A stretch of DNA of 63,960 nt, counting the filler, from Octopus bimaculoides (lineage: Eukaryota): NCBI RefSeq assembly GCF_001194135.2. It is 6 parts of 5 records of this genome, joined end to end, with 100 filler letters (N's around TTAATTAATTAA, not from the genome) between each part and the next. Parts side by side here need not be neighbours in the genome. Positions count along the whole stretch, not along the records: positions 1 to 14,112 come from NC_068983.1; 5 more parts are not named here. One strand, given 5' to 3'. Position 1 is the first letter of the stretch. Each line of letters opens with the position of its first letter. Both the position numbers and the translations under genes were made by a program. The notes beneath the pieces are model-generated. The model searched no databases. It was not told the origin of the DNA and saw only the letters and a program-made list of their open reading frames with translations. Shown one piece after another: positions 1 to 13,395 of this stretch.

Positions 1-44
<44 letters not shown>

Positions 45-525
45 GGCGCATGTACGTGGGTGTGCGGGCGCACATGTGTATGTATGGACTGGTGCGATTA
101 CGCGAATACTATGGACATTTTTACTGCCTTACCTTTACTCCCTCCCCTCACTTAGTAGTCATTCTAATAGCTCTCTTGTCTTAATAACTGTCAACCACAC
201 AGTAATTTCCCTTTGTTGAACGGTCATTTTCATAGCATTCTTCGATGGCCAAATAACTGAAGAGATGGTGGCATGGGCTTCCGCCCCGGCATCCAAAACT
301 CGGAGTTTTATCATGGCTACCAAATAATTGTCACATATTATTTACAGATAAATTCCTCTATTTACATTATATCGAGGTCTGTTTCTTTTGTTGTCTTACC
401 TTTTCTACCAATATATATATATATATATACATATTTTATATATATGTATGTATGTATATATATATATATGTATGTATGTATGTATATATATATATATATG
501 TATGTATGTATATATGTATGTATGC

Positions 526-580
<55 letters not shown>

Positions 581-2974
581 TACATACATATATATACATA
601 TAAAAGTAATAATTTAAAGTTTGGGTACTCACCTGGTAGTATGCTGTTCACTGCATTTGGCTACATGTTATCATCAATAGTATGGACATATAGGAAAGTG
701 GGTTATACATCATTAGATGTACACCTGCTTTCCCATATTAAATTAGAATGAACGGAACGCAGAACTCCAAACTATCAACTCAACAATATTTATTTATGGT
801 GGAAAATATACAGCTTTACTCTTGGTTGTTGAGACGTCTTCTGTGTGTGAGAACATGGTTGCTGAGACATCGGTATGTTGATGTGAGCTGTCTAGCGTGA
901 ATTCGAAAGATGGAGAGAGGACAGCTAGACACGTCCATGCTCAATCGCCGGCCAGCAAGAAAGAGACAGAATAAAGCGGGAAAGCTTGGATGTTGAATTC
1001 CACGCATGCGTGAGACTACGCATGCGCACAGCGTTACTACAGGGCTCCATTGCCAGTGTGGAACGCACGATAATATAAAATTCTGTTGGAACGCCTGAGG
1101 CAGGATGGCCACTGAAAACCACCCACAAGATGTAGCACAAACACACAAAGAAAAATGAAAGAAATGAAATGTACACTCGTGTGATATATGCATGCAATGT
1201 ACTGAAAGGAAAGAAAATATATGAGTGCACAAGTGTGTGTGAGAAAAACACAGAACATATTAAAAGTGTCTGTAGAGACAAAAAAAACAACTATATATCC
1301 AGTTCGTAAAAGAATTACACAAGTTGAATGTCCGTACACAGGAAGTCGTGGTCAGTTGGCAGAGCTGTAGTTGAGCATCGATGCGAGATTACGACCTGTT
1401 ACCTGGTACTAAATATCCTAGTCGGCTAGCTCTGACTGTTGTGCGTGAAGGGAACATTTCACTCATACAGTGAAGATAAAACCGAGTGTGTTGATCTGGT
1501 GTGTCCCTGGTGGTGGGGTTGTTGGTGCACGACATTGATGGAGAAGACGTCGGCGCAGGAACTGTAATATAGCTGTGTTCTGTATGTGTGGTGGTAATGA
1601 TGTCCTGTTGAAACTGTTGGCGACGTCGGGGGAATGCTTGTAGTTGGTAGTAGTAGTTGATGTCGTCACTGTAGAACTGGCTGTTCTGTATGTGTGGTGG
1701 TAATGTTGACAGTGGTGTTCGAAAAGGTACACTTTTACAGACGGTCGACAGACACACTCTGTACGACCATTAGCGTCAACCTTGATGAGATTTTTTGTTT
1801 GTTTTTAACCCAAGACTACGGGTTGCGAGTGAAATTGTTCGCATGTGACGAGCATGTTGCTGCTATTTTTAGCAAGTAGACGACGCTGTGTAAAAATGAA
1901 TTTTACAATCCAGAATCCATGGCCGCGTTTGTTCTTTAGTTGGGGTCACCACTATAGGAAAATGGGTTATACATCATTGAAGACAGCTAGACACTAGATC
2001 TATATGTATACTGTTATTGAAATTGCATCTCATTGAATACAAACGCCCATGTATTTGTGCATATAACTACACACAACAACTGACAGATTACCCATCAAAT
2101 GAAAGAATATGTGTTGTGTGTGGATACGCGATATATAGCAATGGATGGATATACATGAATACTCATGTGTAATTAAAGTATGGACATATGTGCATATTGA
2201 TGTATATACGTATGTAAATGTGTATACTTATGAGTGTATATGTATGTGAGTATATGCCTCAGTATATATATGTTTGCATGTGTGAGTGTGTGCATGCATG
2301 CATGTGTGCACGTGTGTGCGTGTCGGTGTGGATGACACTGTGCATGCATGTGTGTCTCTGTGTACATATATGTGGACTGAGTTTGTATGTGTGTATGCAT
2401 GTATATCTGTCGGTGTGGGAATGTGTCTGTGTGACCATGTATGTGTGTCTGTGTGTATCNNNNNNNNNNNNNNNNNNNNNNNNNNNNNNNNNNNNNNNNN
2501 NNNNNNNNNNNNNNNNNNNNNNNNNNNNNNNNNNNNNNNNNNNNNNNNNNNNNNNNNNNATCTTAAATCCTTATACGTGTTACTGACTCTATTCAATACT
2601 GTGTATCTCCCGTACCCACATACATGTATTACTTACACACACTCTTTTCTTTGCATGACGGCCTGTCTTTAATGTGTTTTATTATGTCGCATTCACTCAC
2701 ACACAGACATACAATTTAATGCTACAATAAATCTTACTGTTATTCATCTCATACGGTTGTGTNNNNNNNNNNACAATAAATCTTACTGTTATTCATCTCA
2801 TACGGTTGTGTTCCTATCGTCTTCCTTACTGGCATTTACGAATTCTCTATGTTATCGAAGTATAACATATATTTATCATTTGATATATTTTGTGTTTGAT
2901 TGTGTGACGCGTTAAGAAAGGAGCCTGTTTTCCATTCGTCACCATTTCTCCTTTTGGGTTCGCACGGTCGTTCT

Positions 2975-3011
<37 letters not shown>

Positions 3012-3689
3012 TTGATAAGAAACATATATCAGAAAGAAGCACACTCTAAAAAATAGAGCAGTAATTATTACAACAAAATTTTATATAGAGTTACTCAAGG
3101 TTTCACATTCACAAACCCAATATATGCATGAAAATAAACCAGAAAGTTACCCATTGATAAACCTAGGTCATCACATCCATCATCACTACTACTAGACCTG
3201 ATGAAGCATGCAACATGGCTGCCAAAGTCAATTCCAAACATAGAACAATACATCAGTATGACAAGACCTATCCACTCAACATTTCTAGATAAACTGAAAA
3301 ATAACTCTCAAACCTTCAAAGTTCTAAATCAATATCCAGACAATACTTGAGAAGAGCTGACTCAGCCTCTCTAAAGACAATTTCTTAGCATCTCAGACAA
3401 GTTGGTTAAGTGGAAGCCATTTATCTCTAATCTATACCTAGAAGAGGAATTTAACAGTGAGCTAATGAAACAATCTTAAAAATTATTACTCCAGCTACTT
3501 TAAATGGTGAATTGTCCCTATATTGTAGAATGATATTACAACTTGAGAATAGAAATATTACAAGGCACGGCAGGATATAAACTGTCAACCAGTCATCTGT
3601 AGAACTCTTTGACAAGAGATACTAAACAATAACAATATCAATAAAGCTTCTTCAAAGAGTTTTAAAAATCACAAAACAACAAAACATAC

Positions 3690-3759
3690 CTGTAATAATG
3701 TGGTAATTGCTCTTATAGCCTCCACTGTAGAATCAATGTCTCCTTCACCAAATGTATCT
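3690..3759 (-). CDS. unc45: UNC-45 coding exon (5th found): (K)DTFGEGDIDSTVEAIRAITTLLQ, start of the UCS-proximal region
   Basis: Minus-strand acceptor aatttttccAG and donor GTATGT; 70 nt, phase 2 to 0, completing AA|A from the previous exon. Ends just before the conserved LLQ|GP motif of UNC-45. Not in the ORF track. Confidence 0.88.
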
Positions 3760-4565
3760 CTGGAAAAATTGTTAAAACAGATGACTTTAAAAATAAATTT
3801 AGATTTATTTTTATGTCTCAAAAACATTAAAAACATGAAGAAACATTTCTTATCTTCATTAAGAATTATAAATTACATTTTTCCAAAACATTACTCAGAT
3901 ATGCCTAATTCAAAAAGTTAGAAGTAGTCTCTAACCAGTAGTTTATAACATCATTTCAGTACCCAATGACCACACACTCTGCCATATGATAAAAGATAAA
4001 GTGCCTTAGTCATGATAAATTATTGTAAAAGTTACTCAAAGATATTCAAACTGAAATTCATTTATTAAATATGATTGTGTGCTAAACAATAACTGAATCA
4101 TAAGTATTTATCACCATTAATAATGTAAAAATTGTTTTACAAACTGAAAATAAATGCTTTGCAAACAATAATTATGGCATTTACCATACATATTCCTTTC
4201 ATACTATTACTATCATGATAATTCTAGACACTTCGTGGCTGCACTGTAGAAATGACAAGTTATTCACTATCTGCCCATTCTGAGTTCAATTCCTCACATG
4301 AGAAAAGCTACTTACAAAAGACTGTTTTATCCAGAGGAAGACTTTTTCTCTCTACTACTAAACACACTCAAACTAATTACATTCCAACCCTACAGAATTC
4401 TATAATAGGTAGTAAATTTTACAAGAGACATTATTCTGTGTTATTCAATATATGAACTAAGTATAACATCACAATCATCATTCATGATGATTGTAGAAAT
4501 AGTTTTATGAACTGAAAATAAATGTTTTGCAAAGGAAAAAATAGTAAATGAACAAAAATGTTTAC

Positions 4566-4737
4566 TTGAAATACTCATGACAACGTTCTTTAAAATGATC
4601 TCTTTGTTTATCACCAATCATATCATCATAGATCTTCGTCAGTAGTAGTGCCGAATGCATTCTCGAATGCCCAGTCACTTTTATCACTGATTCAACCTTA
4701 CAATGGATACCAGCAATGGTTAATAAATTATAAAGGC
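4566..4737 (-). CDS. unc45: UNC-45 coding exon: (G)LYNLLTIAGIHCKVESVIKVTGHSRMHSALLLTKIYDDMIGDKQRDHFKERCHEYF(K)
   Basis: Acceptor tttaattttctAG, donor GTAAAC; 172 nt, phase 1 to 2, open. Resembles the UNC-45 central-domain motif R M.AS..L.K.YDD...D..RD.F...C.EY. Not in the ORF track. Confidence 0.92.
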
Positions 4738-5530
4738 CTAGAAAATTAAATTATAAAAAGAAAACAACTGTATATCATGAAAGAAAGGTTTTCTTTTAAT
4801 TACAAAGCAACAGTTATATTGGGGAAAAACAAATGATAAAAATCAATGACTAATGTTTAACTTAAAGCCACTAGATTAAAAGCTGTAAAGTTAACTGTTC
4901 ACTTCAACTATTTAGTATTTAAATGATGGCAACTGTTGTAAGATTTGGTGGAGTTTTTTTTTTTCTGCTGCCAAAGTAAAGTATGGTTGCTGTGAAACTG
5001 TGTGTATGGTGGCTGGATTTAACTAGTTTCAATTATAAATGCTCATTTAGATAAATTGATGAAAACTATTTGACTGGTGTAAACAAATAAGTGTCTTTAT
5101 GTTAGCAGTTTCAATACTAAGTGATTAAAAGACAAATAGATTGAAAAGTTATAAAAATATAAAGAAATAAATTACCAAGAACATTCCAAAGTTACACCTC
5201 ATATGTTTGATGACTTTAAACAAATATTGAATAAAAAAATTTCAACCAGATAACTCAGATAAAAGATGAAGACAGAGTAGCCCATACAAATTTTTAGCCA
5301 ATTTCTTGATGCAACAAATCTTTTAGATAACCAGTCAAATAGAATGAAGGAAAAAATCTTTATTTAAATACATAGCATCATTATTAGGGTATAATTTCAA
5401 TCCATAACTTATGACTTTTGGATTCATCACTTTAAAACTAGCAAGCCCATAAACTTAACCACAATAATACATATTTTCATGATCTCAGTGAAACACATTT
5501 GAAAATCATCAAAAGCAGTTATAAACTCAC

Positions 5531-5698
5531 CTTCACTTTCCATAAATTGTTTGGTCCACCCAACACCACTCATTCCTGTAATGTATTTAATAAAGATCTC
5601 TATGATGGCATCTCGACCTCTAGCTGATAGCTTGCGACTGGGTAACATTTTAGTCATTGAACTGAAGATTTCATCAACAAATGTTTGAGCTGCTTCAT
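5531..5698 (-). CDS. unc45: UNC-45 coding exon: (D)EAAQTFVDEIFSSMTKMLPSRKLSARGRDAIIEIFIKYITGMSGVGWTKQFMESE(G)
   Basis: Acceptor atttgtttttAG, donor GTGAGT; 168 nt, phase 1 to 1. Contains the K.S..GRD motif of the UNC-45 central domain. Confidence 0.92.
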
Positions 5699-8222
5699 CT
5701 AAAAACAAATTGAATAAAAATTTATTTTCCCCAGAAAGATACAACTCAAGAAATATTCATGACACAAAAACGCAAACTGATATTAATTGAATTGTATAAG
5801 CAAATAAAACAATTGAAAATTTTTCCACAATATGGTCAATCACTTTACTTCGTTGCTATACAGTATTCTGCATCTACTTGGCCGAGCAAGTAGACATGAG
5901 ACAGTTTCATAACAGCATTATAACCTATTCCTCTTTTCCATCACTTGAAAATATTGTTCATTCATAGTAGGTTGGTTAGTATCTACAATATCACACATAC
6001 ATACATGGTTTTTCATCTTAAACTGTCAAAAAGACCTCCATTGGGTTAATTTTACAATGATACAAAATATGTCTGTATACTTAATTACTCATGACCCATT
6101 TTGTATTCGTACTCTAGTAATTAGTGTCAGGTTGTCAACCATGAAGCAATATGTAAATGAGTTGTGCATTAGGCAGTTTTGTTAACATTTTTGCTAAGTA
6201 GCCTTTCACTTCTTTATTTTGTATGAATTGCCAAATAACAATGGGATTGGTCAGTTTTATACTTAAGTTACTAAGAAGTTTTTTGTAGGCCTAAATTCAG
6301 TGAGACTAAATACATATGGATATGACTATTTTCATTTATTTATAGCACAAGCTTATATTGGCACTCTTATGCAATAGATTGTTTTCAAACACTACATGGA
6401 TAATTTTCTAGAAATTTATGAAAGGTACATTTTTAGTTAATTTTTGGTGCTGTTATGATTTGCTTGTGATTGTATCAAATTCTGTTCTTTTACAAAAAAC
6501 TGCAAATTGCATTAAAAATTCATCAACACCATATACAGCAACAAAGGTAAAATGCTATTAGACTTATCAAACCCATGCAAGTATGGAAAAAAATTAACAT
6601 AAAATGACAATGACAATGATACCAATGGTGGTGCCATCATCATCATTTTAGGGTGTTTTCTATAGCTGCATGGGTAAAATAAGTGTAACATAATTTTGCT
6701 TTTGGTTACTGTCCTTTGTTATGTTACACACAACACAGAAAATCTTTGTTGCTGTATATGTCATGCGTTTCAGTATGGTTTTCATAATTGGATGCTGCTC
6801 TTCTCATCAACTACTTTACAGTATGGGTTTTGTGCAGTTTATCATTCCACTGGCACAAGAGAATTTATTTGCTGATATAGTGTAGCAGGAGGTACCTCAT
6901 GTCAGCAGTTTAATCAGAGTTGTTGCTTTAATAAACAAGTTATATTTGCTGCAGCTTTGGGTTTGGTTGGTTGCATTCACTATAGTTGAGAAGATATAAC
7001 TCTTCATGATTTACTGAGAGAGGAAGCTGCTGTGGGAGCTTTCAGTAACAGCCTAAGGCTCTTAGGAAAAAAGGTTGTCTTTGCTATGAAGAGAGCTTAC
7101 AGTAGCTGTCTGAGGTAACTGAGTATAGGCTGTCACCATGCTATTTAAGAGAACATACTGTTCTAGATTAATGATAGCTAGACCTAGATTGTTGTGAAAA
7201 ACTAGTAAAATGAATGGGAAGACAGTTATACCATCTTGTGAACAAACTTATTTTCACACAGAAAAAACTATTTTACAATATATTAAACAGCATTTCTTTC
7301 GCAGTCACTCTCCAGGGCAGTCCCAGGAATTCTTCGAAGGGAAGGCAAAAGGTCAGAAGGGAATACAATTCCAGGACAAAAAGGGTGTAATAACATTATT
7401 TAGAAGGGTGCACTTCTTTTCTTGAGATGGACCCTCAGTCCTGGTCCATCCCTGCTCTTAGTGTTACCAACTGAGTAGAATATGCTTCACTGAAGAGACC
7501 TAATAAGATCAAACATGTCTTGCTTTCACCAGCTGGTTTTAAAGACCATATCCACTCCCATCTATATTGTCTATATTGCATAAAATTTCAATGAACTGAT
7601 CTTATGACAGTCATCTCCTCTGCTTCAATAATCTCATTTAATTTTTATTTCTTCAACTTCATACAATTATATATGTAACATCCTATCATATTTACATTTA
7701 GTGTACAGAATACATTTTAGTGAGCTATTTAGTACATTTAGTGTGCTATTTTCCCTCAATTAATTTGTTGATATTCATAATCAGTGTTACTACAGTTCCT
7801 CTATTTCTAAATAAACTTTACAGAGATGTCTAATAAAATAAAATATGTCTGTTGTTTTTATTAGTTAGCTTTTAAAGACCAGATAAACTCCAATTTGGTA
7901 AAAAAAAAAAAAAAATCAAGCACTCTTAATAAGAGATTTTCTTAAAATTTGCTAAGGGCGGGCTGCAAGAAAAATAAGTCCTAGGGCATAACGAGTACAA
8001 ATACCATTACCCCAACACTGCATTGTGAACTCTATTCACTAAAAATGGCTCCCACACTATTCTAATCTCAACCTGAGAATATATTTTCAAATGAAACAAG
8101 GTGAAACAACACAACTGGACACCTTTATATTTACTTTTCATAGGGAATTGATAATTCCCAAAAGAATAACAGCTAATGTGATAAAACATCAACTAGTTCA
8201 GAACTAAATAACAGATTAATCA

Positions 8223-10480
8223 CATCATCATCATCATCGTTTAACATCCACTTTCCATGCTGGCATGGATTGGAGGGATTGTCTGGAGACTGGCAAGCCA
8301 GAAGGCTGTACCAGCTCCGGTCTGATCAGGCAAGGTTTCTACAGCTGGATGCCCTTCCTAACGCCAACCACTCCGAGAGTGTAGTGGGTGCTTTTTATGT
8401 GCCACCAGCACAAGGGCCAGTCAGGCAGTACTGACATCGACCACGCTCAAATGGTGCTTTTTACGTGCCACTGGTACAGGTTCCAGTCACGTGGTACTGG
8501 CATCAGCCACAACAATGTCTTCACTTGACTCAACAAGTCTTCACAAGCACAGTTTATTGCCTAATGATTGAAGGGTACTCTTAAATGGGCTGGTTATACT
8601 GCACTGGCACAGGTCATGGTTATGGCCTCACTTGGCTTGCCGGGTTTTCTCAAGCACAGCATATCTCCAAAGGTCTCAGTCACATGTCATTGCATCTCTG
8701 AGGCCCAACGTTCAAAGGTATTGCTTCACCACCTCATCTCAGGTCTTCCTGGGTCTACCCCTTCCACAGATTCCCTCAACTACTAGGGTGTGACATTTTT
8801 TCACACAGCTGTCCTCATTCATACGTAACACATGACCATACCATTGCAGTCATCTCTCTTGCACACCACTTCTGATGTCCAACTTTTCTCTCAGGGCACT
8901 TACACTCTGCCGTGTATGCACACTGACATTACACATCCAGCGGAGCATACTAGCTTCATTTCTTGCAAGCATATGCATGTTCTCAGCAGTCACAGCCCAT
9001 ATTTCACTGCAATGTAGCATGGCTGTTCACATACATGTCATACAGTCTACCTATTAATCTGAGTGAGAGGCTCTTTGTCACCAGCAGTGGGAGGAGCTCT
9101 CTGAACTTTGCCTAGGCTATTCTTATTCTAGCAGCTACTCTCTCAGAGTATCCACCCCTGCTACTGACTTGGTCACCTAGGTAATGGAAGCTATCAACTA
9201 CTTCAGTAGCCCTCAACAGGTTGTCCCATAGGAACCTCCAGTTGTCTTCCACATCATGTGAAGCTATATCCTCCTCTATTTCGTCAAAAGCTTTGAGTAA
9301 TACATCACTAAATCTCTGTCCATTCACAGGATCCTTAAGCTTCCTGACCCTTCTTTTCCATGCTGGTTGTCTTCTGGGCATCCATTTAGCCCTGATCCTG
9401 AAATCGCTAACTACTAATCTATGTTGCGGGATGCTTTCTTCACCTAGGAAGGTTTTGGCATTTATAAGTAGCCATCTTTCCCATTTCCAGGCAAGGATGT
9501 CAATTTGATTAGTGTGTCCACCAGACCAGTAGATGAATAGGTGACTGGCAAGTTTTCTGAAGTTAGTATTACAAACCATAAGAACATTTGCATCACAGAA
9601 CTCTAGCAGCCTGGTTCCCTCCTCATTACGGGAACCAAAACCATAGCAACCATGTACACCATGGAAGCCCCCTGCATGTTGTCCAACATGCCCATTGAAG
9701 TCGCCAACCACAAAGAGAAGGTCCCTATCATTCGTTGATAAGGTAGTCTGCAAGAGGGTGTCATAAAATCGGTCTTTCTGTTCATCAGGTAGCCCTGGCT
9801 AAGGGGAATAAGTCGAGATAATGGTTGCTAATCCATGTTACAGCTCTAATCTAAGCTTAAGTATTCTATCACAGTTCCTGTCTACCTCGATTAACTTATC
9901 AACCCATTTTTTCGCAAGAAGTATACCCACATCCCTGACCTTATCAGTGTTCTTTACCCAGAAAATCTTATACCTATGTTCTTTGCCTGTGAGGAACCTA
10001 GCAGAACTTCCTCTCTACCTTACTTCTTGGATGCAGCATAGATCGACACGTTTCTGTTCAAGCATCTCAACAATCTCATCAGACCTACCTTTCAATGTGC
10101 CAACATTAAGTGTACCAACTCTGAGGGTGTGGAAGGTGTGGGCCCGTAAGACCCTGGAATGAGGGATTGCAGCATCATGTACCTGAAAAGAAAGCTCGCA
10201 TTTGGCAGAACTCATGAACATACAATATCCTTCAACCTGCATACACAACACCATCATTTTATGTGCTACATAATCACTACATTGCATAGGAGATAAACCC
10301 TAAGTGCGGATGGGGAGCATTAAGCCTTTGGCAGTATTCAGGGGAAAGACATCCGATAGAAGTCAGAGGATAAAGACTTCTGGTACAGGTGGTGGGGGTA
10401 GGAAGGGTGGGTGCACTGCAAAACAGCAAAAACTCAGGCTGCCAGTGTGAAAGAATAGTAATAATAATAATGAGATAAAA
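8223..10480 (-). mobile_element. RTE-clade LINE, internally deleted (APE endonuclease plus C-terminal tail, RT missing), in an unc-45 intron
   Basis: Minus-strand translations LRVGTLNVGTLKG...CCIQEVR, VGDFNGHVG, NQID, HRLVVSD (APE), joined in frame to EVVDSFHYLGDQV. 3' UTR ends in a (GAT)n tail. Stops and frameshifts are present; the 5' end is approximate. Confidence 0.9.
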
Positions 10481-11140
10481 TTGGGCATTTGCATTCTTAA
10501 CTAGAGCTATAACCAACAATTTTCGTTCAGCCAAACTGTGACAAAATTAGATGAATGAATAAATGACAATAATAAATGAGCGTGAAAGAGAGAGAGAAGG
10601 GAGAAAGAGGGAGTTGGATTGAGCATAAGGATCTTAAGTTCTTTTTCTCTAAACATACGGCATGGAAGACGAAACTGTGTTTAGATAGATAATGAAATGA
10701 AATAATAAAGTAATTATAATGTGTGCTGTAAAAGAGGTTTTAGATGTGTGCTAAGTTGGAAAACAGTTGCTTATCTGTGCATCCGATTTCTACTCCATGT
10801 AGCAAGAATTATAATTCAATTTTTTTTTTTTAATCTACATTCTAAGTTTCAGTTTTAATAAATAAAATTTTGTTGAAGTATATTTAAAGATTCTCTTCTT
10901 AAATGAGATCACCAGCTAGAAACATGACTTTGTTTCATGTATCATCTACAATGGATAAATTACCCAATATAGGAGAGCTTGTGTTGCAAGGTCAGTCACA
11001 GTGGAAGTCTTTTGAGCATCTTATAATGTGTATGTAATTACAGCAATAGGAGAAGGCTTTTTATTTTATACAAAGCTAAAGAAAGAAATAGAAAATTTGA
11101 CAGAAAAAGTATTATCCCCTAAATAGTTTCATAGAATTAC

Positions 11141-11348
11141 CCATTGTAAATTTTGCTGGCTTTACTCGTTCTCCTCTTCTTTTCATAGCAGTCTGTTCTT
11201 TGACAAGTGCTTTGAATGCATCAACATTTGTAATAGCATTGATTATATTGGATATAAGTTGAGAAGCTGTCACACATAGTTTCTCATTAGAAGTATTCAA
11301 TGTTTCGCATATCACCGGAAGACTTATTTCTTTTATAATTCTTTCTGN
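11141..11348 (-). CDS. unc45: UNC-45 coding exon: xERIIKEISLPVICETLNTSNEKLCVTASQLISNIINAITNVDAFKALVKEQTAMKRRGERVKPAKFTM(G)
   Basis: Donor G|GTAATT at 11141/11140; phase 1 matches G|AT of the next exon. The acceptor and first base lie in the 10-N gap at 11348-11357; frame implies a phase-0 start at 11348. Confidence 0.85.
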
Positions 11349-12070
11349 NNNNNNNNNGACATTACAGCATTTTCAGATATATGTAGATTAAAGATATAGA
11401 CAAAAACAAATATTTATCTTCTGCTGTAATATTAATGTTGAAAATATGAAACTCGGTGAAAAGTAACTTTCTGTGAGAAGTTATTTTTTTTTTGGCAAGG
11501 ATCCTACTACCAAAATGTACATACAATTTAAACAAATAATAGTCTTTATAGCAGATTCAGCCATTTTGAAAACTAACGATTTCAAACTAGTAATTTTCAT
11601 CAATGGAGTTCCAAACATACCTGCCTTCATTGCCACTTAAAAATCTGTAAAATTATTATAAATGTGCACAAATAATTATATCCACCTGTTTAAATTTGAA
11701 ATATTCTTTCCACCATTATATAATTTCCAAAATTCTCAACAATGAGTCTTTGGACAATTATTTGCTTCAGTCAAATAACCTTCTCCTTTTACTTCCCTTC
11801 TCTAATAAAGTTAAGGACCCTTGGTAAAACTTTAAGAACATAGGTAAAATATGTTTAAATCTAAACATCTGTCCAAACCACATTAATTAATAAACAGCAC
11901 CTCATAACAGCTATGAGTAATTAACATTTTAAACACATCAAAACTTTACTATTAATCAGCAAAAAAGTACAACAAATTATTATAAGGTATTAACTTCCAA
12001 AAAACATTTCAACTGATGAAGTATAAAAAAGATAAAGATAAAAGAATAAGCATTGATGATTGTCACTTAC

Positions 12071-12241
12071 TCGCCTTCGGCTATTTTCTGCAAGGTTAGC
12101 CAATGCACGATAAGAAGCTTGCTGAAGTTCAAAATCATCTTTAATTTGGGTCATTTTGTGAAGGAAAAAAATACCATTTTCTCTCACTATTTTCTCAGCT
12201 CCAGATTCTTCACGAGCAAGAACTATAATGTTGTTGGTTGC
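12071..12241 (-). CDS. unc45: UNC-45 coding exon (first found): ATNNIIVLAREESGAEKIVRENGIFFLHKMTQIKDDFELQQASYRALANLAENSRRR
   Basis: Acceptor ttttgtcAG, donor GTAAGT; 171 nt, phase 0 to 0. Matches the A.NNL.VL.REE.GAEKI start of the UNC-45 central armadillo domain. Confidence 0.93.
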
Positions 12242-12706
12242 CTGACAAAATATAATCAATAAATTTGATGAATTAGAAATGAAATAATTGCTTTTAATTA
12301 GTCGTGTGTAATTAGCTAACATACTGCTTTTGGCACTAATAATGACATCCATTTGTAAGTAATCAAACGATCTAAATCCTGCAAAGATGATGATGACAGA
12401 GGTGATGCAACTAATAATGCTGCATTTAACAATATAACCATCAGTGAAACATAATAAATGGCAGAGGATTTGAATTAAAATTACATACTTCGAATAAGAA
12501 ATTTTAGTTTCTACAGAAAGGGTGAAAATCAGATAATGGTTTGGCACGAGGAGAAGAAATTATTAGTCATTGTTAGCCACTTTTACATCTCCACATAATG
12601 TTCAATACATTAAGTAAAATCATTTTCAAGAGAATGTGGTCATGAGAGAGTTTTACTGTCAAAATATTGATTTGAATAAACCCAAGAAATATACTTCTCA
12701 AAAATT

Positions 12707-12950
12707 TTAATAGTAGCAGAAAAAAACATAGGTAAGAAAGGAATTCCAGAGGTTTAATATTCTAGAATGGAAGGTATGGATGAAGTGATTGGTGCAAGCT
12801 TGAAGTAGATGCCACAATATGGGTGATGAGAGAAAAAGAGATAAGTAATGGTGATATGAGACCAGCCACCATAGAAGATGAAATAGAGCTTGCATTCTTG
12901 TAATTCTCTGAAATAATGTTGAGCAAGTATTAAATGTTCTTAAAAACATC
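12707..12950 (-). mobile_element. Decayed LINE ORF2 C-terminus (CR1/L2-like)
   Basis: Translation HFIHTFHSRILNLWNSFL resembles the F..R...LWNSLP C-terminal motif of CR1/L2-type LINEs. Confidence 0.4.
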
Positions 12951-13348
12951 TAAAAACTGAGAAGAAAACATCACTTAACTTTTCAGTCCAACACAGTAAT
13001 TTAACTTAAATTTCATACCACCCGTTTCTCCTACAATCCCATTGAAACTGTACACATGACATATATGCATACACATGCCAACATGAAGCTGTCCGCATAC
13101 TCACACACACACCAAAAGCTACAATACTATGATGACCACATACATACCATACATATATGTAAGGAGATACATGCACAGATATTCATATAAACCACACAGA
13201 TGCCCACGGACACATATATATATATATATATATATACTCATACTTATACACACACCCCCTTACCAACATACATAAATACACACACTATCTTAAATTTGAA
13301 TCAGTATACATACATCAAAGTTACATGTTAAGATACACCGACATGTAG

Positions 13349-13386
<38 letters not shown>

Positions 13387-13395
13387 TGTACAAAT

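Noticed and set aside
273-751. ORFs rich in [15 protein letters not shown] or LSIYLSIY (also near 2.2, 16.2, 41.4, 47.0 and 62.3 kb)
   Set aside because: Translations of (TA)n, (CA)n and (TATC)n microsatellites.
180-2459. Possible next unc-45 exon (expected to start GP[F/L]) or a transposase in the 816-1232 and 1389-1757 ORFs
   Set aside because: No GP..GN motif with splice sites. Only faint piggyBac or MULE-like hints (GIQHPSF, RQLTSTYRC) and short internal repeats; left as an unresolved repeat.
2724-2811. Perfect duplications across 10-N gaps (also about 20805-20970 and 58801-59172)
   Set aside because: Typical unmerged contig-end overlaps, not biological tandem repeats.
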